A DNA stretch of 64,000 bases from Caldisericia bacterium (GCA_963674785.1 OY771555.1:1088001-1152000), one strand, 5' to 3'. Shown: positions 19,169 to 28,306, numbered from the stretch's first letter. The notes: generated from the letters alone by a model not told the origin. Translations and numbers: made by a program.

Positions 19169-19951
19169 CTAGATTTCGAGTTCTTTTTCGATTGAAAGCC
19201 TAGCGTTACAACCTAGTGCAAGAATGCCAACCGCAACAATGAAAAGTGGTGTGTTAACGACCATGGTTGTTGGCAAAATGGGTATACCCTTGAGACTTGT
19301 GAATATAAGCTGAATATGAGCGCCAACAAGCAAAACAAATCCGATTGCAATCACAACGTATGATCTTGCAAATTTTCCACCCCAGGTGAGTGATGCATTC
19401 ATCCAGGAAAGATATAGCATTAAAGCATCAAACAGCACAAAGATAGCAAAGCTCACTGTCATTCCAATTCCAAAAGTGCTAGTTGAATACATTCTAAACA
19501 GGAAGAACAAAATAAAGGCTGAAATAATTGAGATAACAATTATTGGAATCAATGTATTTGTTTTCTTCTCTCCTTTGAAATACCTGAGTGAGAAAATGAA
19601 ACCGATTATCATACATAAGTAACAAGCAACAGACAATATCTGTGATAGAAGAGCAAATGATTGAGGTAGTGTTGGGATAAGTGTTCGGAATAATGAGGTT
19701 GTAGACAGCAGAAAGCAGGCAATGCTGCCAGCAAAGATGAATATCCAGGTCTTACTCTCGGCAACTTTTCTTGATCTTGTTGCAACATAAACTTGGTATG
19801 AAACAATCACAAGAAGTGCAGAAAGAATAAAGAATCCAATTGCCACAATCCCTATTCCACCAATCACTGGTACCTCACCAAGGAAGAGTCTTAAAAAAGC
19901 AACAATCAATGTTACCGCAATAATGATATATCCTGTGGTGCTAAGCTTCAT
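19169..19951 (-). CDS. Multi-pass membrane protein
   Basis: About 8 hydrophobic helices, RBS AGGTG, no soluble domain. Confidence 0.7.
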   Translation of the reverse strand: MKLSTTGYIIIAVTLIVAFLRLFLGEVPVIGGIGIVAIGFFILSALLVIVSYQVYVATRSRKVAESKTWIFIFAGSIACFLLSTTSLFRTLIPTLPQSFALLSQILSVACYLCMIIGFIFSLRYFKGEKKTNTLIPIIVISIISAFILFFLFRMYSTSTFGIGMTVSFAIFVLFDALMLYLSWMNASLTWGGKFARSYVVIAIGFVLLVGAHIQLIFTSLKGIPILPTTMVVNTPLFIVAVGILALGCNARLSIEKELEI

Positions 19952-20123
19952 TTTTCACCTTCTTTCACAATTAGTTTTTGAGAAGTTACTATAACACCTT
20001 TTTTTTCAAAATGGAAATGATCATCAATTGAATTATTGAATCAACTTATGCAAGTAATTGAAAAAATTTCGGAATCGCCTATAATCTCAATGTTTGAAGC
20101 ATTCATGAATCTGGGGGCAAGAA

Positions 20124-20864
20124 ATGAAACTAAACAGAATGTATGATGAATTTGCCGACCTCTGTATGCTTATTTCAAAACCTGAGGGTTACGCAAATGA
20201 AGCAAGTTACTGGAAGAAATCAATAATAAAACATCTTGGTGAGAAAAGACATTCTATTCTCGAGCTTGGTGTAGGTGGTGGAAGCAATCTCTCTCATCTT
20301 ACTCCATTTTTTGAAACAACTGCAGTTGACCTTTCTCCCAAAATGCTTGAATACTCAAAAAAACTCAACCCAAATACAAGGCATTTCGTTGGAGATATGA
20401 GAATGGTACGGCTTGGAGAGACATTTGACGCTGTATTGATTCATGATGCGATAACATATATGACAACACTCGATGACCTTGAGGCAGCATTTAAAACTGC
20501 TTGGGAACACCTTAAACCTGGGGGAGTTTTGATTACAGCCCCTGACTTTGTCAAAGAAACCTTCAAAGAAAACCTTCTTGATGAAAGCATCACTGAGTCA
20601 GATGAAAAAACCATGTTGACTTACACTGAGTATTTTTATGACCCAGACCCAAACGACACGACATATGAAGGAAGATATGTTTTCTTCATCAGGGATTTGG
20701 CAACGAACAATCTCAAGATTAGGTTAGATCAACACGTCTTTGGACTTTTCCCAAAAGCTGATTGGATAGCCACAATGGAGAAAGTTGGCTTCAAGGTCAC
20801 TCTTGATGATTATCCTGTTTTTGAAAATGGGAATGAAGGATGGTTGTTTGTTGGGAGGAAGTAA
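20124..20864 (+). CDS. Class I SAM-dependent methyltransferase
   Basis: ILELGVGGG, VDLSPKML, GDMR, FDAVLIHDAITYM, HLKPGG. Confidence 0.9.
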   Translation: MKLNRMYDEFADLCMLISKPEGYANEASYWKKSIIKHLGEKRHSILELGVGGGSNLSHLTPFFETTAVDLSPKMLEYSKKLNPNTRHFVGDMRMVRLGETFDAVLIHDAITYMTTLDDLEAAFKTAWEHLKPGGVLITAPDFVKETFKENLLDESITESDEKTMLTYTEYFYDPDPNDTTYEGRYVFFIRDLATNNLKIRLDQHVFGLFPKADWIATMEKVGFKVTLDDYPVFENGNEGWLFVGRK

Positions 20865-20928
20865 TTATACTATTATCGAGAAGCTATAATTGAAAATTTG
20901 AAGTGGTCTATAGAAAGTGTAGAATTTT

Positions 20929-22521
20929 GTGAATATCAAATTGATTAAAAGAACATGTTTAATAGTCTTTGTTTTTGTAATCTTGTTTTCGATTGTTTTA
21001 TATCAGTCGATTCCAGCTTGTGAATTGTTAGGAGGGGAAGAACGTTTTTACAATTCTGTTGAATACCATTGTTCGAATGGGCGATATTTTACGACAAGAT
21101 GGCAAAAAAGATTGAAAACAGAAATCATGTCTCCATTGTTTCCGGCATTTTATGATGAAAAGATGTATTATGCCGATGATGGTAAGATTTTTATTGCTGA
21201 CCTTATAACAGGAGAGATTCTAAACATACTCGATGATCAGGAATATCTTGATGGCATTACAACCATAACAAACAATTTATTGATGGTGCATTCAAAGGTT
21301 GATGATAAGACACAGCTGATGAGAGCTATTGATATCAACACACTTCAAACTGAATGGACATTCGAGTATCCATTGTTAGACCTTCGTTTAACACCATTTG
21401 GGTCAAAGAGTTTTGTGCTAGTTCTCTATAGAGTGGGAGGAGAACTTGTATGTTTAGATGCATTGACAGGTGAAAAGAGATGGACAAGAAAAGATATCCA
21501 CAATCTGGCGGTCTTCGATGATACTGTCATCTTGGTCTTCGATGATTATATTAGATGCTACAAAAATGATAACCTGGAGCTAATTTGGGAGATAAAAACA
21601 GATGACTTCGATTACTCAATAAGAAATGCAGTCTTGATTGAAGATCGATATTATGTTCTGTCCGCAGAATCAATAATTGAAGAAGGAAGATTTTTGACAT
21701 CATCATATCTTTATTCAGTTGATGTAAAGTCAGGTGATATTTTGTGGCAAACAGAGAAGCATGAGTCATTTAGTAGCAGAGGTCCTGATATAGTTGCAGA
21801 TAAATTATCAATTTATTTATATTATGATAATAAGATCTACAAATATGATAAAAGTGACGGCAAGATAATATGGAATTATTCTTCTACAGATGTTGTAGAT
21901 TTCCAAAATCTTATATCAACAGAGAGAGTTCTTCACTTAATAGATGTTGATAAGATTTATACAATAAGCACTTTTGATGCTAAACCAATCTGTACCTCAA
22001 AATCAGAACTGAATCTCTGCTGTGGTCGTTTTTACATATCCAATAGACACGTACTATTCTGCTCAGATTTTGGGAATTTGATATGTTTTGATGGTACAGC
22101 AAAAGCAAGATACCAAATTGATAAAAATGGATATAGTGTAAATGGTAATAATTATGATTCCGACACATCTCCACTAATTATGAATGATAGAACACTTCTT
22201 TCAGCAAGATATGTTGTTGAGCCATTTGGTGGCGATATTGAATGGGATCCTATTGAGAAAAAGGTCACCTGCAAACTTCTTAAACCCAGTGAACTTACAG
22301 ACGATTTAACAGATATGAATGTCGTAGAATTATGGATAAACAAACCAACAGCAAAAATCAATGGCATTGAAGTCCAAATAGATCCCGATAATCCAGATGT
22401 AGTTCCCACAATAATCAATGATAGAACAATGGTACCAATGAGATTCCTGGCAGAGAGTCTTGGTTGTGAGGTCGAATGGATGCCAGAAACTAAAGAGATT
22501 ATTCTTACTTATACTCCTTAG
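20929..22521 (+). CDS. Secreted PQQ-like beta-propeller + stalk domain protein
   Basis: CLDALTGEKRW and VDVKSGDILW blades; stalk domain carrying the same KLL.P.E.TDDL insert as 8442. Confidence 0.85.
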   Translation: MNIKLIKRTCLIVFVFVILFSIVLYQSIPACELLGGEERFYNSVEYHCSNGRYFTTRWQKRLKTEIMSPLFPAFYDEKMYYADDGKIFIADLITGEILNILDDQEYLDGITTITNNLLMVHSKVDDKTQLMRAIDINTLQTEWTFEYPLLDLRLTPFGSKSFVLVLYRVGGELVCLDALTGEKRWTRKDIHNLAVFDDTVILVFDDYIRCYKNDNLELIWEIKTDDFDYSIRNAVLIEDRYYVLSAESIIEEGRFLTSSYLYSVDVKSGDILWQTEKHESFSSRGPDIVADKLSIYLYYDNKIYKYDKSDGKIIWNYSSTDVVDFQNLISTERVLHLIDVDKIYTISTFDAKPICTSKSELNLCCGRFYISNRHVLFCSDFGNLICFDGTAKARYQIDKNGYSVNGNNYDSDTSPLIMNDRTLLSARYVVEPFGGDIEWDPIEKKVTCKLLKPSELTDDLTDMNVVELWINKPTAKINGIEVQIDPDNPDVVPTIINDRTMVPMRFLAESLGCEVEWMPETKEIILTYTP

Positions 22522-22526
22522 TTGCT

Positions 22527-24806
22527 TCACTTTCCAATCATCGCAAGGAATGAATCAATCCTGAGTCTGAGTTGTCCAGTATCAGATGGTGAATAGTCAG
22601 TTTCGATTTTGAGGAATGGAAGGTTGTGTTTTTCCTGGATGTGTTTTTTGAGAAGCTCTGATTCAATATTGTAGGTGTGGCATGCTTGCCATATAAGGTC
22701 AACAATTCCGTCTGGTTTGTGTTTTTCAATCATCTGGTCAAGTAGATCGAATCTTCCCTGGTTTGGCATCATGACAGAGCATGGGAGCTTGAAGTATTTT
22801 CTGGCGAGATTTTCAAAAAGATCACCTTCTGTTGAAATGTTATCAACAAGTGGTTTGATTCCGGTGCAGTTTTCCTGAACACAGACAACAGCTCCCGCCT
22901 CTTCGATGATGTCTAAAACTTTTTCGGCACCATGGGGTTGTGGTACACCGGTCATCAGAATCTTTGGTTTGTGAGCATGTTTTGGATTTTCTTTTTCGGC
23001 CTCAGAGATTATATCTTCATACGCCTTGTGGTCACATGGGATTCCAGAGATGAGACTTTTTGCATCAAGCACCTCTTTGCCTGTAAGCACTGTTCCGCCA
23101 AACTCAGATATTTTTAATCGAAGTTCTCTTTCTTTGTTCATGAGATTGATTGCAGAAAGCAACCTCTCATTTGTCATTTTGTTTCCAGTGAGTTCTTCGA
23201 GTTTTTTTACTAGCAATTTGATTTCAGTAAACCAGTGCTGGAAAGCTGATTCCTCATCTGGTTTCTGGGTGAGTTCAAGGATGTGCATTGGTTTGTCTTT
23301 TGAAAGCAGTTCATACATCTTCTTTTTGCCATCACATGTTGTTTCAGCGATAACAAGGTCTGACATCTCGAATATTGGGTTTGCTTTTTCAAGAGCAAAT
23401 CCATATGAAGATTTGATGAGTGGGCAGAGGTTTGATGGCAAATCTTTTTCCGATGCAGTTGCCATATTATGGCTTCCACCACAGGCACAAACAGGGACAG
23501 CACCAACAGCCATGATGAGTTCCCTTGGAGTATATTCACAAAACATCGAAACAACTTTTTTACCCATATTTTTCATCATCTGAGCTGTATCGATGCAGTT
23601 GCTTACCATTCGGTCAAAGTGACCCAGAGCTGGAACGGAGTGGGTTATGTTTGAGCCACTACTATCACAACATGAAGTTTTTGGCTCTTCCTCTCCACAG
23701 CAAGATGATGGTTCAGATTCCGAATTACAGCATGGTGAAGGAGATGATGCTGTTTCAGCACAACATGGAGATGGAGCTGGTTCATCACAGCAGGCAGACT
23801 TTTGCTCTTCTGATTCGCAACAAGAAGAAGCGGGTTTCCATTCGCAGCATGGGTTTTTATTCTCATTGCTTTCACAGCAAACATCCTTTATTGGTTTTGA
23901 GTCACTGCAGCAACACTCATCTTTTTTGGTATTATCTTCATTGCAACATTTATCAATGTTCATCTCTTCACACTCCTTGTGGCAGGTTATATCTGTGTTC
24001 AGCTCTCCAGGCATAATCTTTATCCCCATCTGTTTGGCAGAAATCAGTGCTGCCCCAAGTGCGCCGGTAACTCTTGGATCAATAGGGATAATAAGTCTTT
24101 CCTTCAGTTCATTGCCTAAGAAAATCCTCATAGCATTATTGAGGGCGACTCCTCCGGTAAATGCAATTGGTGCGGTTATGTTCCCACGCATTATCATGCT
24201 TGCAATTCTTCTTGCTATGGCAACATGAATTCCTGCTGCAATATCTTCTCTGGGAGTGTCTTTTGCTAGAAGTCCAATCACTTCGCTTTCTGCAAAGACC
24301 ACACACATTGAGCTTATTTCTGTTTGATTGCCCGTATTCATTGCAAGTTCTGAGATACCATGAGAATCTGTCTCAAGTATTTTTGAAACGACTTCAAAAA
24401 ATCTACCAGTACCTGCTGCACACCTATCGTTCATGATAAAATCTTTTATTTGACCATGATCATCAAGAAATATTGCTTTTGAATCCTGTCCTCCTATATC
24501 AATGATTGTTCTTACATCGGGGATGAGTGTTTTTACACCCAATGCGTGACATGTGATTTCTGTTGCAATCTTATCACTGAAATCAGGTGAATATCTCCCG
24601 TAGCCGGTTGTTGTTACGAATCCAACATCGCATTTTGTGATTCTGGCTTTCTCAAGAAGGTCAGAGTAAATTGATTCAGCAACACATTTTGGATTTGTTC
24701 CAGCGTCTGCAAAACTTCTTGCAACCAATTTTTTTTTCGAGGTATCAATTAAAGCTCCCTTTACAGCACGGCTTCCAAGGTCAATGCCTACCACAAAATT
24801 TTTCAT
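22527..24806 (-). CDS. Fusion: HgdC/BadF-type ASKHA ATPase activator + Cys-rich linker + double-cubane-cluster/YjiM-like 2-hydroxyacyl-CoA dehydratase family reductase
   Basis: N-terminal GIDLGS, TTGYGR, EITCH, DIGGQDSK, MNDRCAAGTGRF, SSMCVVFAESE; C-terminal FCEYTP, LCPLIKSSYG, ETTCDGKKKMYE, ENCTG, QACHTYNIE, ETDYS. Confidence 0.9.
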   Translation of the reverse strand: MKNFVVGIDLGSRAVKGALIDTSKKKLVARSFADAGTNPKCVAESIYSDLLEKARITKCDVGFVTTTGYGRYSPDFSDKIATEITCHALGVKTLIPDVRTIIDIGGQDSKAIFLDDHGQIKDFIMNDRCAAGTGRFFEVVSKILETDSHGISELAMNTGNQTEISSMCVVFAESEVIGLLAKDTPREDIAAGIHVAIARRIASMIMRGNITAPIAFTGGVALNNAMRIFLGNELKERLIIPIDPRVTGALGAALISAKQMGIKIMPGELNTDITCHKECEEMNIDKCCNEDNTKKDECCCSDSKPIKDVCCESNENKNPCCEWKPASSCCESEEQKSACCDEPAPSPCCAETASSPSPCCNSESEPSSCCGEEEPKTSCCDSSGSNITHSVPALGHFDRMVSNCIDTAQMMKNMGKKVVSMFCEYTPRELIMAVGAVPVCACGGSHNMATASEKDLPSNLCPLIKSSYGFALEKANPIFEMSDLVIAETTCDGKKKMYELLSKDKPMHILELTQKPDEESAFQHWFTEIKLLVKKLEELTGNKMTNERLLSAINLMNKERELRLKISEFGGTVLTGKEVLDAKSLISGIPCDHKAYEDIISEAEKENPKHAHKPKILMTGVPQPHGAEKVLDIIEEAGAVVCVQENCTGIKPLVDNISTEGDLFENLARKYFKLPCSVMMPNQGRFDLLDQMIEKHKPDGIVDLIWQACHTYNIESELLKKHIQEKHNLPFLKIETDYSPSDTGQLRLRIDSFLAMIGK

Positions 24807-26236
24807 TTCTCTCTCCTTGCTTTTATTATCTCGATGAATGCTGAAATTCTTGTCGATAGTTGCCCTAAACTTGAATCAGCAAGTGGGGGGATGGTGATAT
24901 TTAATACCGGAATATCAAATCTTTTTTGCACTTCTTCCCTTATGACGTGACCTTCAGTTGCACAGTGAGATGCACCCGGAATATCACTTATCAATACTCC
25001 CTCAGAACCGTATTTCTCTATCTCATCACATATGAGTTTTGCACGGTATCTTGAGCTTCCAATCATTGGGTCACAAAGTGCTATCATTGCCAGAGCTTTT
25101 GTTGGTCGGGTATCCTCTGGGATTTGTGTTAGAGAATGACTAAAAAGATATTCAGAGCCAGCAACTCTTCCACCCAAGTCTTCAAAAATATTCATGATTC
25201 TAAGGTCTGCAACCGGATTTACCCAGAGAGTTTTTGCGTTTTCTGCGGGAAGAACCCCGATATTGTTATCTACCCGGTCTGCAACCATCTGTTCAACAAA
25301 CTCAATTACATCTATTCCCTCTTCCAAGTCAGAGCAGTAGTGGAGGGCAAACATCTCACAGATTTGAGCTTCAAGTGAGGGTAAGGGAGCGGGTGATATT
25401 CCGTATGTCATGTCTCTGATGTTTGCCAGAGATTTCCTGAGTCTGTTTGCATTTTTGATGCTTTCAGTCAACATTAAATCCGTGATTTCTAAATCCAAAT
25501 GGTTTTTGATTTCTTGGATAATTGTTTTGAATTGTTCTTCTACAAAGTCGATCAGATGGTTTTCTATTCTTATTCCAGTTGGAAGCTCAGTTGTGTTGAC
25601 CTTTGAATTTGTTTCCCTTCTGTATGGCAATTCCCACCACGACAACTTCACATCAGTTCTGCTGATTCTGGACATCACGGTAGAAAAATCGTCACAGCAT
25701 GAACCAACCGCACCAATTAAAAGCTCAGGCATCGGGAAATGAGCACGATTCAAGAAAGCAGATAATGCAACCCTTGCGGGACAATACTCCTCACCAAGTC
25801 CCGCACCATCTGCAATCTTTAGAAGACCTGCATTCATCTCCATTACGCAAGGAATCCACCATGCGCCATCTGGATAGAATGAAATGATTTCAGGGTGGGC
25901 ATATGCGATGATTGGGATTGTTCCCAAGTCCTTCATTGCCCCGATAATTTTCTTGCCAGCTTTTCTTGATTTGTGAAGTCTCTGCTCTTCAGAAAGTAGC
26001 ATTGACCATAATCTTATTGATGCAAGTGAATTATCAAATTTCAGACTTGCAAGTCTTGTGTCTCCCTCAAGTTCCGAAAAACATGCTGGACTTGCCATGT
26101 ATGAGTATTCCTCGGAAGTTCCAGTCAGGGCGGTGAATCCCTTTTTTATCTTATCTGGAATCTCTCTATGAATTCGGTTGAACTCATTCAAGTCGACTTT
26201 TTCTGGGTGTTTGTCTTTATAATTTTTATATGTCAT
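24803..26236 (-). CDS. 2-hydroxyacyl-CoA dehydratase (HgdA/B, BcrB/C-like) family protein
   Basis: GKKIIG, YCPAR, GSCCDDFS, SHCATEG, GQLSTRISAFIE; ATGA overlaps with both neighbours. Confidence 0.8.
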   Translation of the reverse strand: MTYKNYKDKHPEKVDLNEFNRIHREIPDKIKKGFTALTGTSEEYSYMASPACFSELEGDTRLASLKFDNSLASIRLWSMLLSEEQRLHKSRKAGKKIIGAMKDLGTIPIIAYAHPEIISFYPDGAWWIPCVMEMNAGLLKIADGAGLGEEYCPARVALSAFLNRAHFPMPELLIGAVGSCCDDFSTVMSRISRTDVKLSWWELPYRRETNSKVNTTELPTGIRIENHLIDFVEEQFKTIIQEIKNHLDLEITDLMLTESIKNANRLRKSLANIRDMTYGISPAPLPSLEAQICEMFALHYCSDLEEGIDVIEFVEQMVADRVDNNIGVLPAENAKTLWVNPVADLRIMNIFEDLGGRVAGSEYLFSHSLTQIPEDTRPTKALAMIALCDPMIGSSRYRAKLICDEIEKYGSEGVLISDIPGASHCATEGHVIREEVQKRFDIPVLNITIPPLADSSLGQLSTRISAFIEIIKARREK

Positions 26237-27198
26237 AGATTTTCTAAAAATGCTTCTATTCGAGTTTTTATTCGATGTGAACCAATGTCTGAGTATGAAT
26301 AATCGAGTCCAAGAACTGGTGCTTTAAGCAGTTCTTTCGCTGTTTTTATCTCTGAATTCCAGAGATCACAACCGCGAAGTGTTTTCCAAATAACACCATC
26401 AATTTCTAAATCAGTTATTTTTTTGTTCATCCATGAGAAGAAATCATCATTTGGTCTTGCCCTGATACATGGAGTCTGATTGAAATATGCTGATGCAGCT
26501 GCTTCAAATGGGTCGATATTTGCATCAATCTCTATTTCTAAAAATCTATCTCCCGTGCATGTTGCATCAAACACAATTTCCGCTGGGAACTTTTCAATTT
26601 CACAAAGCAACTTGATTTCTTCTTTTGCTGTTGGAGACCCTGCAATGGCAATCCTCGGCAATATTTTCTTTCGTTGGGTTGTTTTTATTTCTGGGATTTC
26701 CAAGTTTTGAAAAACTGAATGAACTAAGGAAACAAAATCAGAATCTGATAAACTAGGTCTTTGTTTTCGAATCTCTTTTCTGAGTTTGTTGCTTTTTTCA
26801 ATTTCTTTACTCAATAAATTCTTATCAAACTTTTTTCCTGATAAATCTTCAAGTTTCTCAGTCAGAACCGATAGTTCTGACTTAAATAATTCAAAAGTAC
26901 CTTTGTTTCTGGTTGCAGGCATATGTGATACAAAACTTTTGCAACTACCTGAAACATCCAGTGTATCTAAAGTCCTAGACATCTGATCACATGTACAACT
27001 TCCAAAATGAAATACATCCTTATTTTTCTTTTCGCCAATTAATGACTTGCACCAGGAGCAAATCCCAGGGTGTAGTTCACCATTTGACTCATCAGAGATT
27101 TTTCCCGATGATACAAATCTTTTTGGCATAAAACCAAAACTTTTTATGAGCTCAATCGGAATGAATGAACAATGGATCAAGATATCTAGGTTATTCAT
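26233..27198 (-). CDS. 2-hydroxyacyl-CoA dehydratase family protein
   Basis: CSFIPIELI, ICSWCKS, TCDQMSR, DATCTGDR, PCIR, GCDLW, TRIEAFLE. Confidence 0.85.
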   Translation of the reverse strand: MNNLDILIHCSFIPIELIKSFGFMPKRFVSSGKISDESNGELHPGICSWCKSLIGEKKNKDVFHFGSCTCDQMSRTLDTLDVSGSCKSFVSHMPATRNKGTFELFKSELSVLTEKLEDLSGKKFDKNLLSKEIEKSNKLRKEIRKQRPSLSDSDFVSLVHSVFQNLEIPEIKTTQRKKILPRIAIAGSPTAKEEIKLLCEIEKFPAEIVFDATCTGDRFLEIEIDANIDPFEAAASAYFNQTPCIRARPNDDFFSWMNKKITDLEIDGVIWKTLRGCDLWNSEIKTAKELLKAPVLGLDYSYSDIGSHRIKTRIEAFLENL

Positions 27199-27205
27199 AT
27201 CTGTT

Positions 27206-28000
27206 TTATTTTTTTATTGCGATGAATCTTCCTCTTGTCATCTTGTTTGCGTGGGCAAGTTCACTCATGTTCATCATTTCTCCGCCCATTGCCTGGAATA
27301 ATTCCATGTCGTTACCAATAATTCTGAGAGCATCTGATGTGAGTTGTTTTGTGAGCATCTGGATGTAAAGGTCAACATACTCTGCAAAATCAATCTGGTT
27401 TGCTTCCTTTATCTCGAATCCGTTTTCCTCAAGGAGCTTTTTGTATCCCGAAATTGATTCCATGTATGGGAATTTCATGAAGGTATTGACTCTATCGGCT
27501 TCGTCATCTGTCATTCCAGCGGGTCCCTCAACCCAATCTGTAAATGCTATGGTGCCACCTGGTTTTAAAACTCTTGCAGCCTCTGAGATGAGCCTTTCTT
27601 TGTCTTCGACATAACACCAAGCATCCTCACCCCAGACAAAATCAAATTTTTCGTCTTCAATTGGGATGTCAGTGACGTCACCCTTTACAAAATTGACTTT
27701 ATCAGCAAGTCCTCTTGCTTCATTTCTTGCTTTGCCTGTTTCGATAACCTTGTCTGTTGCATCAACACCTGTCATCTCGGTTTTAAAGTTTTCGGCTAAA
27801 AATCTCATTCCTGCACCATTGCAGCAGCAAAGATCACAACCATGCATACCTTCTTTGATTCCCGCATTTTTTGCAAGTTCCATGCTTGAATTCATTCCAC
27901 CAACATGGATCTGTTCACCCATGATGAGTTCCCATAAAGTTCCTTCTGCACCACTGTAAACTGCCTGAACATCACTTAGTTTTTTGTCTGTCCTTTTCAT
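27206..28000 (-). CDS. Class I SAM-dependent methyltransferase with a Cys-rich motif I (likely start MKRTDKK at 28000; the ORF track extends to 28042)
   Basis: IHVGG, CDLCCCNGAG, FDFVWGEDAWCYV, EAARVLKPGG; RBS GAAAGG upstream of ATG 28000. Confidence 0.85.
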   Translation of the reverse strand: MKRTDKKLSDVQAVYSGAEGTLWELIMGEQIHVGGMNSSMELAKNAGIKEGMHGCDLCCCNGAGMRFLAENFKTEMTGVDATDKVIETGKARNEARGLADKVNFVKGDVTDIPIEDEKFDFVWGEDAWCYVEDKERLISEAARVLKPGGTIAFTDWVEGPAGMTDDEADRVNTFMKFPYMESISGYKKLLEENGFEIKEANQIDFAEYVDLYIQMLTKQLTSDALRIIGNDMELFQAMGGEMMNMSELAHANKMTRGRFIAIKK

Positions 28001-28111
28001 GACACTACCAACCTTTCGTTTGGAAATATTGCATGACAACAAATATTAATTGGATTTCTTGTCGTCATGGTCTCCCGTGACCAGTTGGTAGACTGCAACA
28101 GATGAGATTAA

Positions 28112-28201
28112 CTAGAAAGATATACCCAATGGAAACGGGTTTTGACCAATATTTTTCTGAAGTCGAACCGACTTCAAATCTTCGAATCAAACACAATTCA
28201 T
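28112..28201 (-). CDS. Putative 29-aa leader selenopeptide MNCV(U)FEDLKSVRLQKNIGQNPFPLGISF, or a 4-aa uORF if UGA stops
   Basis: SD GGAAAGGGGTG before ATG 28201; TGA at 28187-28189; SECIS-like hairpin 10 nt downstream; TAG at 28112-28114. Confidence 0.45.
28158..28176 (-). promoter_or_regulatory. Bacterial SECIS-like hairpin
   Basis: UGAAGUCG-GUU-CGACUUCA: perfect 8-bp stem, loop starting with G about 19 nt after the UGA. Confidence 0.45.
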
Positions 28202-28247
28202 CAAAGAACCACCCCTTTCCACTGATATGTTCAAAATATCCGACGTG

Positions 28248-28271
28248 TTGGACTATTTTTCAATAGTCCAA
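28248..28271. promoter_or_regulatory. Perfect 10-bp inverted repeat overlapping a putative -35 box (operator)
   Basis: TTGGACTATT-TTTC-AATAGTCCAA; the minus strand reads TTGAAA-17 nt-GATATT through it. Confidence 0.45.
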
Positions 28272-28306
28272 TTGTGTCGAAATTTTATTATTTTTGTTTT
28301 ATGTGT

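Noticed and set aside
23026-24436. Long plus-strand ORFs (185, 163 and 193 aa) opposite the activator-reductase fusion
   Set aside because: Antisense shadows of a well-supported gene and its low-complexity linker; no motifs.
28000-28230. Known riboswitch (SAM-I, cobalamin, Moco) upstream of the methyltransferase
   Set aside because: Consensus core motifs were not found in the right order on the coding strand; kept only as an unknown structured leader.
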